Position numbers and translations under genes: made by a program | The notes under the pieces: model-generated | Told to the model about the DNA's origin: nothing | Seen by the model: the letters and a program-made list of their open reading frames with translations, nothing else | Database searches by the model: none | In this document: positions 24,172 through 37,147 of the stretch, one piece after another | Layout: every line of letters begins with the position of its first letter | How positions within the stretch are numbered: the stretch's first letter is position 1 | Source of the DNA: Marsupella aquatica | Taxonomy: Eukaryota > Plantae > Marchantiophyta | NCBI GenBank assembly: GCA_973895155.1 | Contig: OZ316898.1 | Span: 13,608,330-13,672,329 of the forward strand | Direction: 5' to 3' | DNA: 64,000 nt

Positions 24172-26646
24172 CTATGCCCATTTACCCTCGATTAAAGGCA
24201 TGATAGGTGCCTTGACCTCCTTTTCGAAGTCACTAAATATGCTGAGCAGATCAGAACATTCAGGGTGGCCCACGTCTTTGGTGTCAAGCTCCAATCCCAA
24301 CTCTTCCTCAATATCATCCGAGGCACCAATGAGAATAAACTCGCATCCTTCGTAGTTGAGGAGATCAGGGGGGTCAGCAGCTACAAAGCGATATGATCCA
24401 AATTTCTCTTGTAGATGCTCTGGAAAGTCGGCCTTCCTTCTGTTCTGCAGACCAGCACTCTGGGGGGCTCCATGGTGAGGATTCTTGACCTGCCAAGGAG
24501 ACCGCGTGAGTATAGAAGCAAAAGATTATTCGAAAGCTCTTGCAATGTGTGAGACCCTGTCCGAATGTGCAAAACTTCGTGTCTGGGGGCAATCACCTGA
24601 ATCAAATAGGATGCTTCTGGTTCCACATTCAAAGCTTCCTGTGCCTCGTGGTTTTTCTCGGGACCTGGGAGCTCCAGCTTGTACACGAGATGTGTGTGGA
24701 TTTGTGTACCCTTCTTGTGTCGAACTATTCGATAAATTCCCTCACCAAATGGCCGTGCTCCAGGTCTGGTTCTGTTGCCTCTGGTTTTTGTTTCATATTC
24801 CTCTGTAAATAGAATCAAAGATAATATCATCTCCAATAACACTATCTCAGAATGTACTTTTCTATTTAGATTTTCGAAGACTTGATCAAAGAAGCAATAA
24901 CTTGTTACACCAGTGATAAATCGTGAATGATGCAGAGAATGATGCATTGCCGAATATTTCTCAACGTTTTAAGGCAAAGTAAAAGTGCTAGACCCAATCT
25001 TAGATGATTCAGAAAATGTTTCTCGAAGAGGCGACAACTTGCTTCTCACTGAATTGTCGAACATTCGGTCTCGCACTTGTATGTTGCCGTAAAACTGTTG
25101 AAGGAATACCACAAGTTCAGAGAAGTCTAAATATAAATCTGTAGATCAAAAACTCTTGAAGATCAGCACACTGAAAGGATGGCTAGTCACCGGAAGAAAG
25201 AGCTTGCTTGAGATCATCCGGATCCGTGGAGACTAGCTCAACAAAACCCCAAAATGGACGACTTCTTTTCGAAGGGTCAGGAAGACTTTTTCGTCCTATC
25301 ACGATCAGCCTCAGTAGTGTGGTCTTGGAGAGCTCCACTTTCTGACCATCCAAATGCAGGTTCAAACTTAGACGATGGGTACCGCATTTCAGGCAACAAG
25401 CAAGACATTACAAGTACATTCTTGTCCCTTGACTATCTTCGTAGTACTCACGACTCACAACCGAATTCTAGATATGAGTTCCGTCCAATTTAGAGACCAG
25501 GTTGATTGTTCGGTTGACAACTCTCGTCTTAGGAAGCACTTTGAACTCTAAAGAACGTTACTCTTTCACATGATTGAGAGAAAAATAAAATAAGAGCCAT
25601 CTGTTTGATACACTTCCCTTAAAATCCCCCCGTTCTATCAACCCTTGAATTTCCCTCACTTGTTTGTGCTCTCTCCTGGCATGGCATTGTCCACGCCTCG
25701 AATAGGTTGTACAAACGAATTGCTCAATTTCATTTTGAGACAGAAAACCCACACTCTGCAGTCCTGTGATACAACACCAGGCTGATACGGGAGGTTAAAG
25801 ATTAACAATCGTTCCCGTTCTAAGCCCTGGAAGCATGTCACAGACGGAAAGTGACATACCTCTGTTCCATGACCTCCGGCCTTAATCTTGTCATCTTGTT
25901 CTTGGTCAGGATCCACCTTCATTTTCTTTGACTCGTTTTGACCATCGACATTCGACGATTTGATCCGTTTTCCTGACTCTTTTGTCTCTTCTTCTGCGGT
26001 GGGTTCCTCCAGAGCTTTGTCTACATTGTGCTGTTCCCCTTCACCGTTCTGGCTATCTTTTTTCTCGTTGAACTTGGCTTCCTTTCCGGAGTCACTGCTC
26101 TGCTTCTCTTCTACCTTCTTCTCTCCAGACGTGGGCCTTAACACAACGTACATGCGTTGAATGTCGTCGGCGCTGTGAGGTGATTCCAGACTCACTTTGG
26201 GCCTGTAGAAGAAGAAAATCTCCCCTCTTTCCTGCGAGACAGTTCCAAAGTGAGTATACCCTGAGTGACTGATGGGTTTATGAACGGATGCCGCCTCATC
26301 CCCATTCCTGGGTTGGAAAATGCAATCCAATCATCCGTTGTTGCAGACCCGAGGGCGCACTTGACAGCATATACTTGAATTTCCTACGCATTGCATGACC
26401 CAGCATTGCACCAAACGGTGTACTACAAAGCATTAGTATCAAGCAGTAGTCCGTTTGTCTTAGTCAGCTTCTAAGAGCTGAACAGAGAAAAAAGTACATC
26501 AATAATTAATCATTGAACCAGGACCAAGAAATGGCAGCGAATCATAAACTAATTCACGGACTGCCCGGACAAATCAACCTTTGCCTCACCTGCACCTCCA
26601 CAGGCGGTGGCTTCTTTGTAATGTGCTCGTCTCCCTCTCCCCCCAT
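24172..26646 (-). CDS. Conserved protein of unknown function; exons 26646-26590, 26231-25860, 25341-25191, 24802-24597, 24489-24172
   Basis: Spliced frame MGGEGDEH...VEVQ|ERGEIFFFYRPKV...QRMYVVLRP...LRLIVIGRKSLP...RPFWGFV...ARPFGEGIY...HTHLVYKLELP...SYLIQ|VKNP...LIEGKWA*; GT-AG junctions in phase. From memory resembles Arabidopsis At1g16770 (unverified). Confidence 0.88.
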
Positions 26647-28457
26647 TTTCTTGGGTCTCAATTGAGTCGAAACACTTACCAGCACGTTCCCTGCCTCTCA
26701 ACTAACACCCCAATGCGGTCTGTCCGCTCTAACAAGCTGGCGCAGTCAATTCAGCTCCTCCCAAGACAAGAAAAACACAAAGCAACTCAATGCGGTCTTT
26801 CTCTATCCCTCGTTCGCGGAGTAACTCAGATGGCAATTAAATGGTCTTCACATCATTGATTGACTGGGTCTGTCCATCTCCGTCTAACAAGCTGGCTCAG
26901 TGAAGTCAGCTCCGCCCGAGAGACGAAGAACTCAATTGCGGAAGGCCCTTCTCTACTGTCGCTCCACCACTCCGACGAAGACTTTCGCGACCACCACGAC
27001 ACCATGGTACGTGCATAATGCGTCAGTCTTGCTCCGCATTTATCCAGTCCACCTGATGGAAGAAGAAATGCATCGACGTACCTTCGAGAGATCTTAGAAA
27101 TGGTTGTTCCCTTTCTAGCATACTCACGCTGACAGCAAACTGTAAGCCAATTTGACGGCCTGTAAGTAAACCGCGAACCCGCAACGTAACAAGCCAATCC
27201 GTCGCAATCTCTGCCGTTTCCATAGGTCAGACGGCCGGTCGGGAGTGTAACCGTGTAAAGCCCCCGTTTCGCAGTCCAAGCCTCATTGGGTGACATGTGT
27301 CCCGTCTCTCCGGCGATGCGGTGGCGCGTGGGGATGGGAGCACGTGGACTCTCGCCATGCTCTGTTCTTCGAGAATGGAAAGAAAATCAAGCATTGGCGA
27401 ATCGTGTCGCCGCTGTGGGCGATTTGGTCTTCCATAGCTTCCGGCGACGGAGCTTCGAGGTTTTGATTGTGTATCTCAATTGATTTGCTGATCTCCATTG
27501 ATTTCCTGATTTCTCGATTTCCATTTGACGGGATGGATCGACAGATCGACACCTACACGCATTTCAAACGAGATTCCACAAAAAGGCTACTCACTGCAAG
27601 CGAGTAATGAGACACGTTTGCGAGTATTGCGCCGATGGAAATGGCCTATGAGGACATCACACGTGCCTTTTTCTGAACTACTACAGTCCAGTATGTTTCA
27701 CTTCTGCAGAAGATCTTTAACCTTTTGGACGAGCCCTACAGTAGATTCGAAACTAAATAAACTAGTAGGGGTCCTCACTCCTCGGACCCTGATGCTTAGG
27801 GGCACTTCACCAGACTCATTTTTTTAATTGCATCTCTCAATCTCCACCTTACATTTATTGCTTATGGTCAAAGTTCACTTTACAAAAGGAGAGGAGGGCA
27901 ATTGATGGGAAAGTTTACTGGACCCAGGAGTGAGTTTTTTCTCTGCTTTTGTGTCATGTACTCTCTCTTTGTTTTTTAGACCACCTTTGGTTGTCTAGGA
28001 CTGAAGTGATTCCCTGGTTTCTGTCTCCTAGTGTGTCATGTCCTCGCTTTATGGTGGTCTAATAATCTGATGGAGAGGAAATTGATTTTAGTATCTCCTA
28101 AGCCATTTCTTTCTGGTGTTTTGGCTTGGGTGTATGATGCATGGGTATGGGAAAATGGCAGCACAAGTGTTTGGGCATTCTTGTAAAGTGCCCCTTAGAG
28201 TATATCGATTTCAGTCTAGACAAGGTCAAATAAAAAGAGTACACTGGGTTTGTTATATATGATCAAAAATGTATATCATTTTCATTTGGACACTTTCCTT
28301 TGCTGGCGGTTTCCCTTTGTATCCTAGATTCTTGCAAAAGACAATTCACTTCACCCGATCATTACCCCTCTCACCCTTGTTTCTCTCCCATAAGGTTGCT
28401 CCAATTTTAAGCAACTTTCCCCATAAGGTATTAAAAAACTTTTAGAAGTATGTATCT

Positions 28458-31400
28458 TGTGGGGAGAAATCAGATCATGAAATACACTCCAAACATACAC
28501 GTGCTCAATAGTTACGTGGTTCGCCTCAAGGTTGGCTACGTCCACGGGAAGACCAAGCTTTATTAACGGTTATGTGTCTACTCAAGCATCACCATAGCTC
28601 CCATCTCTTCAAGCTCTCATCTCTTGCTATATCACTGTGTTCTCTCTTGAGAACTCTCTTGTGTGTTCTCACACCACATAGAAGTTAAAGAGATAAGGAC
28701 CAACTTTTCAACTAGGGTTTACTCTAACCCTAGTTAACATACTAACCATAGTTCAACCCAAAACTGAGATAACCTCTACAAACTCCCCCTTGACTCACGT
28801 CTTGGGAGGGTTCATAACATTGTCTTTTCCTTACAAGTTCCTCCGCGGGAAGTTCAAGACAGTAGGGCCAAAAGACCCTCCCCCTAATGCAAGGGTTAAC
28901 TAGAACTAAGCCGTAGCCGATAAGCCATCGGATGGAGTACTCATATAGAGACATTTTCTTGGTTAACTCTATATTTACAATATTTGTAAATAATTACAAT
29001 GCCTTGAAAAACTATTGGAGTCTAATACTTTGATAAAAGCATCCGTTGGATTAAGCTTTCCATCAATCTTGACAAGCTCAAATTCATCATCCGATAATGC
29101 CTGTCGGATGAAATGATAGCGGACATCAATGTGCTTTACCCTGCCATCCATCACTTGATTCTTGGTAGTGTAAATTGCACTTTGACTGTCACAATGAAGA
29201 TATACACACTCCTGTGATAAACCCATTTCCGTGACAAGCTTTTTCAACCAAATGGTCTCTGATGTTGCTTCTGCTGCTGCTACATACTCGGCATCCATAG
29301 TAGACTTTGCAACACAGTTTTAGAGAGTAGACTTCCAACTAATGCATCCACCAGCAAGTGTAAATACATATCCAGTTGTCGATCTCCTCTTATCCAGATC
29401 ACCTGCGTAGTCTGCATCCACATAACCTTGAAGCACTTTCATATTGTTTGAACTTGCATCAAATAATAAACCCTTCTTAGTGGAACCTCTGATGTAGCGC
29501 AAAATCCATTTCACTGCTTCCCAATAAATTTTTCTTGGATTTGCCATGTATCTGCTTACCTTGCTAACGGCATAAGCTATGTCTGGTTGGTGCATACCAT
29601 GAGATACATTAAACTACCCACAGCACTTTCATAAGGAACTTTGGACATCAAACTTTTTTTCTGTCGCATCTGATGGACAAAATGCTGCAGAAATATTGAA
29701 ATGCCTTGCCAAAGGAACACTCACAGCCTTAACATCTGCCATGTTGAATTTTGAGAGTACCTTCTCTGCATATCTTTTCTGCGTCAGCCAAAGTTTGGCT
29801 TTGTTAACATCCCTGACAATCTCCATGCCTAGGATCCTCTTGGCTGTGCCCAAATCCTTCATCTTAAACTTAGAACTGAGTTGGGCCTTAAGCTTATCAA
29901 CTTCGCCCCTATCCTGTGCTGCAATGAGCATGTCATCCACATAAAGTACAAGAATGACAAGCTTAAAACTTGTGTTGTTCACAAGCCTTATGTAAACACA
30001 TGGATCGTACACGCTTCGCACAAATCCAAGTGATTTCAAAAATTCATCAAAACGCTTGTTCCACTGCCTTGGGCTCTGCTTTAATCCATACAAGGATTTT
30101 AGCAACCTGCATACCAAATTTTCCTTGCCCTTTTGCACAAAACCCTCTGGTTGCCTCATGTAAATCACCTCATCCAACGATCCATATAAGAATGCCGTGA
30201 CAACATCCATTTGATCTAAAACCAGATCAAATAAAACTACAAGAGCACATAGCAAACGTATTGTTGAATACTTTGCTATAGGTGAAAAAACCTCATTGTA
30301 GTCTATACATTTTTGATGAGTAAAACCCTTGGCTACCAACCGAGCCTTAAATATCTTCTCAGCATCCTTCGTGGGTCCATCTTTCTTCCTATACATCCAC
30401 TTGTTGTCAACAGTCTGTTTGTCACTAGGTAGACTTGTGAGTTCCTAAATCTTGTTATCATGAAGTGATTTCATTTCTATGCACATCGCCGCCTGCAACT
30501 GTTGCTTCTCCATAGAAGCTAGGACCTCTCGAAATGAGGATGGATCTCCATCTTCTGTCACCAATGCATCAATAGATTTTTCATCCAAATCCACTTGATC
30601 AGAAGGAAGCCAAGTTCCATACCTTTCCCGGGCTTGACGTTTGCAAGTTCCTCTTCGCACTGAAGACTCTGGCTGATCTTACTGTAGTGTGCTTTGCCTT
30701 ACAGTGGTGTCAACATATTCTTTATCTGACACATCCTTTCCCCTTACCTCCTCTAGAGGAGGAGATTGCTCTTTGTTAGTAGTAGGGAATTGATCTATCT
30801 CCCCCCCCCTTCAATGATTTTTCTTCATTGAAGGATACATCCCGACTAACAAGTAACTTGCAATCAACTGGATCCCACAACCGATAACCTTTAACTTCAC
30901 GCTGATAACCAAGAAAAATGCATTTATGGGCTCTAGGATCTAGCTTAGTCCTATTGTTGCTAGGAACATGTGCATATGCTTCACAGCCAAAAACCCTAAG
31001 CTTTAAATAATCAACAGGTCGATTGTGCCATAGCTCAAAGGGGGTTTTGTAAGTAATTGCCCGACTAGGAGAGAGATTTACTAGATAAGCAGCTATGTTG
31101 ACAGCTTCCGCCCAAAAGATTTGTGGCAATTTAGAGTGGCTCAACATGCTCCTTGCTCGCTCCAACAATGTGCGGTTGAGTCGCTCAGCAACACCATTTT
31201 GCTCAGGAGTGTACACAGTTGTGAGATGGTGAGTAATTCCTTTATTTGCACAATAGTGTTGAACTTGCTAGAGGTGTATTCACCATCATTATCTGATCGT
31301 AGATATCTCACATTCTTTGCAATCTGTGTCTCAACTTGAGCTACCCATTGTTTGAAGATGGAAAATACTTCAAACTTATGGGCAATGAAATAAATCCAAA

Positions 31401-34400
31401 CAAACCTTGAGTAATCATCGATAAACGATACATAGTATTGTTTGCCTGAATGTGAGGAAACCAGAGCAGGACCCCACACATCGAAATGAATATACTCAAG
31501 TATAACTTTAGAATGATGAATAGCAGTCGGAAATGGAGTTCTTGTTTTCTTGCCGACAATGCAATGATCACAAAAACTCAACTTGCATGCTTGCAATCCT
31601 GGTAGGAGATGTCGCTTGTGTAAGATTTCCAAAAAATTTTCACTCATGTGACCAAGCCGAGCATGCCATAAATTGATTTTCTCCTCCTGAGATGTGACCA
31701 AATTGACTTCGGCAAGAAAGGTGGTGCCTTCCAAGACATAGATGTTTCTTTTTCTCTTGCCAATAAGAACTTCATTTGATCCGTGCGTGACTGTTAACAC
31801 CCCATCAGTTGCACTCCATTGATAACCCTTCGCATCCAAGTAGCCAAGATAAATTAAATTCTTACACATTTCTGGAATGTGTCTGACATTTGATAGAGTA
31901 CAATACTTGCCACCGGGTAGTTGAATCTTTACGGATCCAATCCCTAAAACTTTGCAAGAATGATTATTTCCCATCAAAACAGATCCGTTGATAGGAGTGT
32001 AGGATGAGAAAAATTCACGCATATAACACATGTGATACGAGCAAGCGGAATCCAAAATCCATTGACAATCCTCAACTTGGGAAGTGGTACACAATGCAAA
32101 TCCTTCACTATCCTCTTCTCGAACAACTACTTGGGCTGAAGAACCGGCAACTTCCTTGAATGTGTCTTTGACGCGACAATCCTTCTTCATGTGGCCCACT
32201 TTGTCACACTTCCAACACTTTATCTCACGAGTAGACTTGGATGGTGATTTGGATCGAGATCTAGATCTAAACCTCCTCCTACCAAATGATCGCTCCTGGA
32301 ACCTTCCTCGCTCCATGGGAGGTGGGTTAAACCTTTTATTTTCATGAAATGGCTCCCTTGTCTTGCCTCTTTCTACCAATAGTGCTTTTGATGATGAGGT
32401 TGAGGTAGGATGAGCTGAAGAAACTAGTTTAGATTGCATGTCATCGGTCAACAGGGCACTCACCACATCATTGTAGGATATAGTTGTCTTATCACGGAAT
32501 AGAAGAACTCGAGACAAAGATTGGTACGAAGGTGGTAGTGAGCTCAAGAGTTGTAAGGCTTTCTTTTCTTCGCTCAAATGCTCCCCCAAATTCTCTAGGT
32601 CAACCACAAGATCATTGAACTGATCGATATGATCTTGAATCTTGACTCCATCAGCCATTTTGAATTGCATGAGCTTCAGGCTTGCATACATTCGGTTTGA
32701 CATCTCCTTCTTGTAGTAATTATTGCGCAATGCTTGAAACAAGTCCGTCACCGTTTGTGTTGATTTTTCCTCAAACTGCTTCTTCACATTGTTTTCCAGG
32801 TACATTCCAACAATGCTTACCGCTTGATCCTGAAGATCATGCCAATCATCATCTTCCATCTCCTTGGGTTGAGATCTTAGTACCTTGCCTAGACCCATCG
32901 CCCTAAGTGCATCCCTCACGTTACGTTCCCACATTGTATAGTCCATCCGACCATCAAATTTTTCCACCTCAAACCTTTGACCTCCAATCCTAGTAGTCGC
33001 CATTGCTGGAATGCCAAATATAGTGTGAAGTCAACTTTCAACAAGAAATAAACGTTGAATGCTCAGATGTGGGGTGTGAAAATAAGGCCAAAAATGAAAG
33101 TTGGTGAATTTTGAAATCGATCACTCCAATGTGTAGCTCACAAGATAACGCTCCAAATACTGAAAACGGTTTGTCAAACGGACTCTCGAGTGCCGAGAAT
33201 TTTTACTCTGACCGGAGGGGGGTAAAAAATGAAATAAATACCCCTCGAGGGAATCTTTCATGCCAAAGATTCCACTAGTATGTGTTTCCAAAATTGAGCA
33301 CACCAATGCTTGCCTAGCTTCCCCAAGTACACCTTTCCAAAAGTTGAAGTAGATTCGATTTTGTTTGTCGGTTGAAATCTTTGATTTTTGGTAAAATTTT
33401 AAGCCTCTGGAAAAGAATCTTTTCGGGAAATTCCGTCCGCCCTTGTACAGCCCCTGTGGGGGAAATTCATAGGGGGCACTTTCCCCTGCCCGAGCCCTGT
33501 CGAGCCCTAAAAAGGTCTCCTCGAAGTTTTCGCCCTCGTCGTGCGCCCGCGCAAGTCGCGACTACTCGTGGCAGAAAGTACCCCTTGGCGGATTCACTCA
33601 AATTCACGTCTCAGTTTTTGACTAAATTCAATTCTGATTTCAGATTCATAAACTAGACTTCGAGGGCATCAAGATCGATATAAAGAACTCGCAAAAAGGT
33701 GGAGTAATGAGGGAGAAACAATTCGTTGAAAGTGACTAATATTAAGTTATCCGCCATAGCCAAAATTTCGAGCTCAAAAAACGAGAATTGAAATTAAGAT
33801 TGCTTCTCAACCGTTTGACGGAATTCAATGATGTTGATATCGAAACGTCTAGAAAGACAAGGCGCTCAAGCGTATCTCAGTTTCAAGTCCCGATAGAACA
33901 ATCAAAAAGACTGATCTGAGAAATTGACCTTATCTCTTGCCCGATAACGTAAATTAAAACCGTCACTTACAATTGTTTCCGTTTCTGACCTCAGGCCTTC
34001 ATTGCTTCACTGAAATGAGCCCCTGGTTGTGTGCTCCACATTTGTGAGAAGATTGAGTCCGATCTTCTTTCAATAGCTCCGCTTCGAAGAGGAAATCATT
34101 CGCTGTTCGCTTTGCTTGAAGCAAGTTCTATGGAGTTCCTAATCGACTGAAAAAATCTGAGCTCTGATACCAATTGTGGGGAGAAATCAGATCACGAAAT
34201 ACACTCCAAACTTACACGTGCTCAATAGTTACGTGGTTCGCCTCAAGGTTGGCTACGTCCACGGGAAGACCAAGCTTTATTAACGGTTATGTATCTACTC
34301 AAGCATCACCATAGCTCCTATCTCTTCAAGCTCTCATCTCTTGCTATATCACTGTGTTCTCTCTTGAGAACTCTCTTGTGTGTTCTCACACCACATAGAA

Positions 34401-34504
34401 GTTAAAGAGATAAGGACCAACTTTTCAACTAGGGTTTACTCTAACCCTAGTTAATATACTAACCATAGTTCAACCCAAGACCCAAGACTGAGTTAACCTC
34501 TACA
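28458..34504 (-). mobile_element. Full-length Ty1/Copia LTR retrotransposon (Tnt1/Tork-like), decayed
   Basis: LTRs 34175-34504 (5') and 28458-28780 (3'), TG...CA, about 7 substitutions plus a 7-bp indel; TSD TATCT on both sides; PBS TGGTATCAGAGC (tRNA-iMet) at 34172-34161; PPT AGGGGGAGTT at 28790-28781. Confidence 0.97.
28975..33003 (-). pseudogene. Copia gag-pol polyprotein (gag, CCHC knuckle, protease, integrase, RT, RNase H), disrupted
   Basis: CWKCDKVGHMKKDC, WILDSACSYH, LWHARLGH, TPEQNGVAER, KARLVAKG, LYVDDML, DADYAGD, KHIDVRYHF. Frameshifts near 31260, 30800 and 29650; premature stops at 30445 and 29320. Confidence 0.93.
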
Positions 34505-35976
34505 TATCTAGATACATCAGCAAACTGCCCAAAGAGGCATGACTAACTGTTCCCATTTTGTGGGGTTTTCACAGATTTCCCATTAAGACAAAAGAAGACG
34601 AAGATACATCAGCAAACAATTTTCATAAGCTAACTAAACTTGTGAAGATCTCCCAAAAGAAAGTAAAGGAGCTTGTCTTGTAGTGTTTCCTGCTAAAAAG
34701 ATTCTAATGTCAGGAAGAATAAACAATCCTTCCTTTCTAGAGGTGGGATGAATTTTGTATGAACCACCTTAAAATACAAGTAATTCAGCTTTGCGTGACT
34801 TCTGCCCGCTCCTCAGTATTCAAGGCCTTACAAGGTGTTGGCCTCACTTCTATATCTATATCACCTATCATTCTTCTAGTACACAACTATTTAGCTTCTA
34901 AACAATTATAAATCCCTTCAAAAAGCTGGTGGGCCTTTCATGTTTCTCTCATATTGACTTTAGACACTAACACATAAATCACTCAAAACCATAAACTTAG
35001 GAAACAACACTCTGAGGCAGTACTTGAAAGGGGAGGGGTTGACATTATCTTGAAGTGTGTGTTTCTCAAGCCCCTTGGATTTCTCAATCTTGGGAGGAGA
35101 TAGGTTAGGGTTTAGGTATCTTGTGTGTTTGAAATGTTCATTTACCGTAACTCAAATAAAAAAACATGAATATAGATCTAAAGAGGGGGTCTTCAAAATG
35201 GAATCTATGAACCCTGAGAGGGTGGGAAACAATTTAAAAATTCAAATGTAATACAGAACATGCACCTTGTCTAAGGCAAATTGAAATACAATACTATAAA
35301 AAAATTCAATAACACAGGAAACACCTGAGTAGGCTCTCCATTGTTTGCTGTCGAGAGCCCTCACTCACAGTCATTGTTTACAGCTAGACTTGAGGTTGGG
35401 GTTACAGATCCAATGTGGACCCCCAACACACAATGTCTAACCGAGGTCCTCTAATATGATCACTGAGGTTGCTTAGACGTTGTTCTACATCCAGAACAAC
35501 AGCAATAATGCATCACAATGGACAATAGCAACACAAGAGCTCACAATGAGTAGATGGTTTTTGTAAGCCCATGTGTGCCCCACAAGGTGTCCAACTGATA
35601 AACAAGCTTCCTCTCCCTTGCAATTGAAGTGCTGGAAATCCTTTGGGACTACTTTGGAACCCAACTGGCAGACCAGATTTTGATGGTCAGATTCCTTAAA
35701 TCTAGTTGGCTACAGAGTCTCATTATGGTAACTGTCATACGAGGACCCCAGAAGTGACAATAGTGATGGGAGTGGCATCCAAGAATGATGCCTGAATTCA
35801 TATTGACCACTGAAGCGACGGAAGTTCAGTTGTTAGAGAAAGCTGCAACAATTCCTTTTCAAAAGGAACCATGAAGCCATGCAAGATGCTTGACAGGAAA
35901 ACTTCAAGTTTATATATTTCTTCGGTTCTATTATATTTTCTATCAAATATTCTCGAAGTCTTAAGGCTGGACGGAC

Positions 35977-36058
35977 CGCCATCTGGCCTGTGGCAACTCC
36001 CATGGTCTGTGAGACATCGCCATCTGGCCTGTGGCAACTCCCATGGTCTGTGAGACAT
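35977..36058. repeat. Perfect 41-bp tandem duplication
   Basis: CGCCATCTGGCCTGTGGCAACTCCCATGGTCTGTGAGACAT x2. Confidence 0.9.
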
Positions 36059-37147
36059 TTGCACAATTTAAACCAGCTCCACAGTGTGGGCCAAATGTTT
36101 CATGGAATTGTTTTCAGCCCAAAAACTACAAGGAACATTGGATGGAGCTTTTGGAGACACTCCTAAATCATACCATGTACTAAGTTTCATAAAAAACTGA
36201 GCGTGAGATTCTATTTTTTCTTACTACTCGCATAGTCAGACGTTGAAGGCTGAAACCCATTGTGATAGCGTGCCCATTTTGCCTGTGTTAGACCCTCCTG
36301 AACACGGGACTCAGAGACAGAAACTTATGGTTTCAGTTCCTTGTTGAGTTCAGGTCACTCTGTTTACACTTCTGTAGAGTCGTTTTGCAGCAGTCCATCT
36401 CTGTTTAGACAGTCTCCATGACATTTACAGAGCAACGTTGAGGTCTATCCGGGCTTCAACTCTCGCACTTGTAGACTCTTAAGATTTCTTGTCTTGACTA
36501 TAGTTTCTACCACGTTCCAAGCCCTTATATGTGGAGCATGCAAGAGTACTTAACCCAGAGCTATGTTGGCATAGAGTCTGGTACATTAATTAACTAATGA
36601 ACTTCACAGGCAAAACGACCTAAAGCTGCAACTATTAGAAATTAGTCATTGTCTAGCACAAACGCTTTCAGAAGTACGCAATTTACCAGAGAAGCTTTCA
36701 GAGTATGCAGGTGAACTGAGACCCCTCATATAAACATACCAAGAATAATCCATAAAAATCCATGAGCAATTGAGCTCGGTTGACGTCGATACCAGTAGCA
36801 CCAACTAAGGCAAAGGAGTTCATCCTAATTAGACATCAAGTTTAGTTTCATGATACAATGTCTACTAGTGCTAGCTTGACTTTTAATGTTCAGAGCTTTC
36901 AATTTACATAATCATACTCACTGACACAAAACTGCTGGTGATATTCAGATTTCCATCTTCAATTTAGTAAGCCCCTACGTCCTAATTGTGAAGCTTGGCT
37001 GCAATCTACAAATCATATGTTACAAGGCAGAGGTGCCTAGAATATATTTGCCGGAAAACAATTAAAATTCGTTTGTTATAGACATATATTTATGGGTGTC
37101 TTCAAAAATGGCACAGCTTCATTCTCAAGTGAGACTGTTTGCCTCAT

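Noticed and set aside
23725-24355. Related plus-strand ORFs (MTNQYLES / MTTQYLES) as a peptide family
   Set aside because: By-product of the tandem DNA repeat; frames are not preserved in the other units.
26900-27700. Possible plus-strand first exons (ACCATG|GTACGT at ~27004; GAG|GTTTTG at ~27460)
   Set aside because: No in-phase downstream coding exon found.
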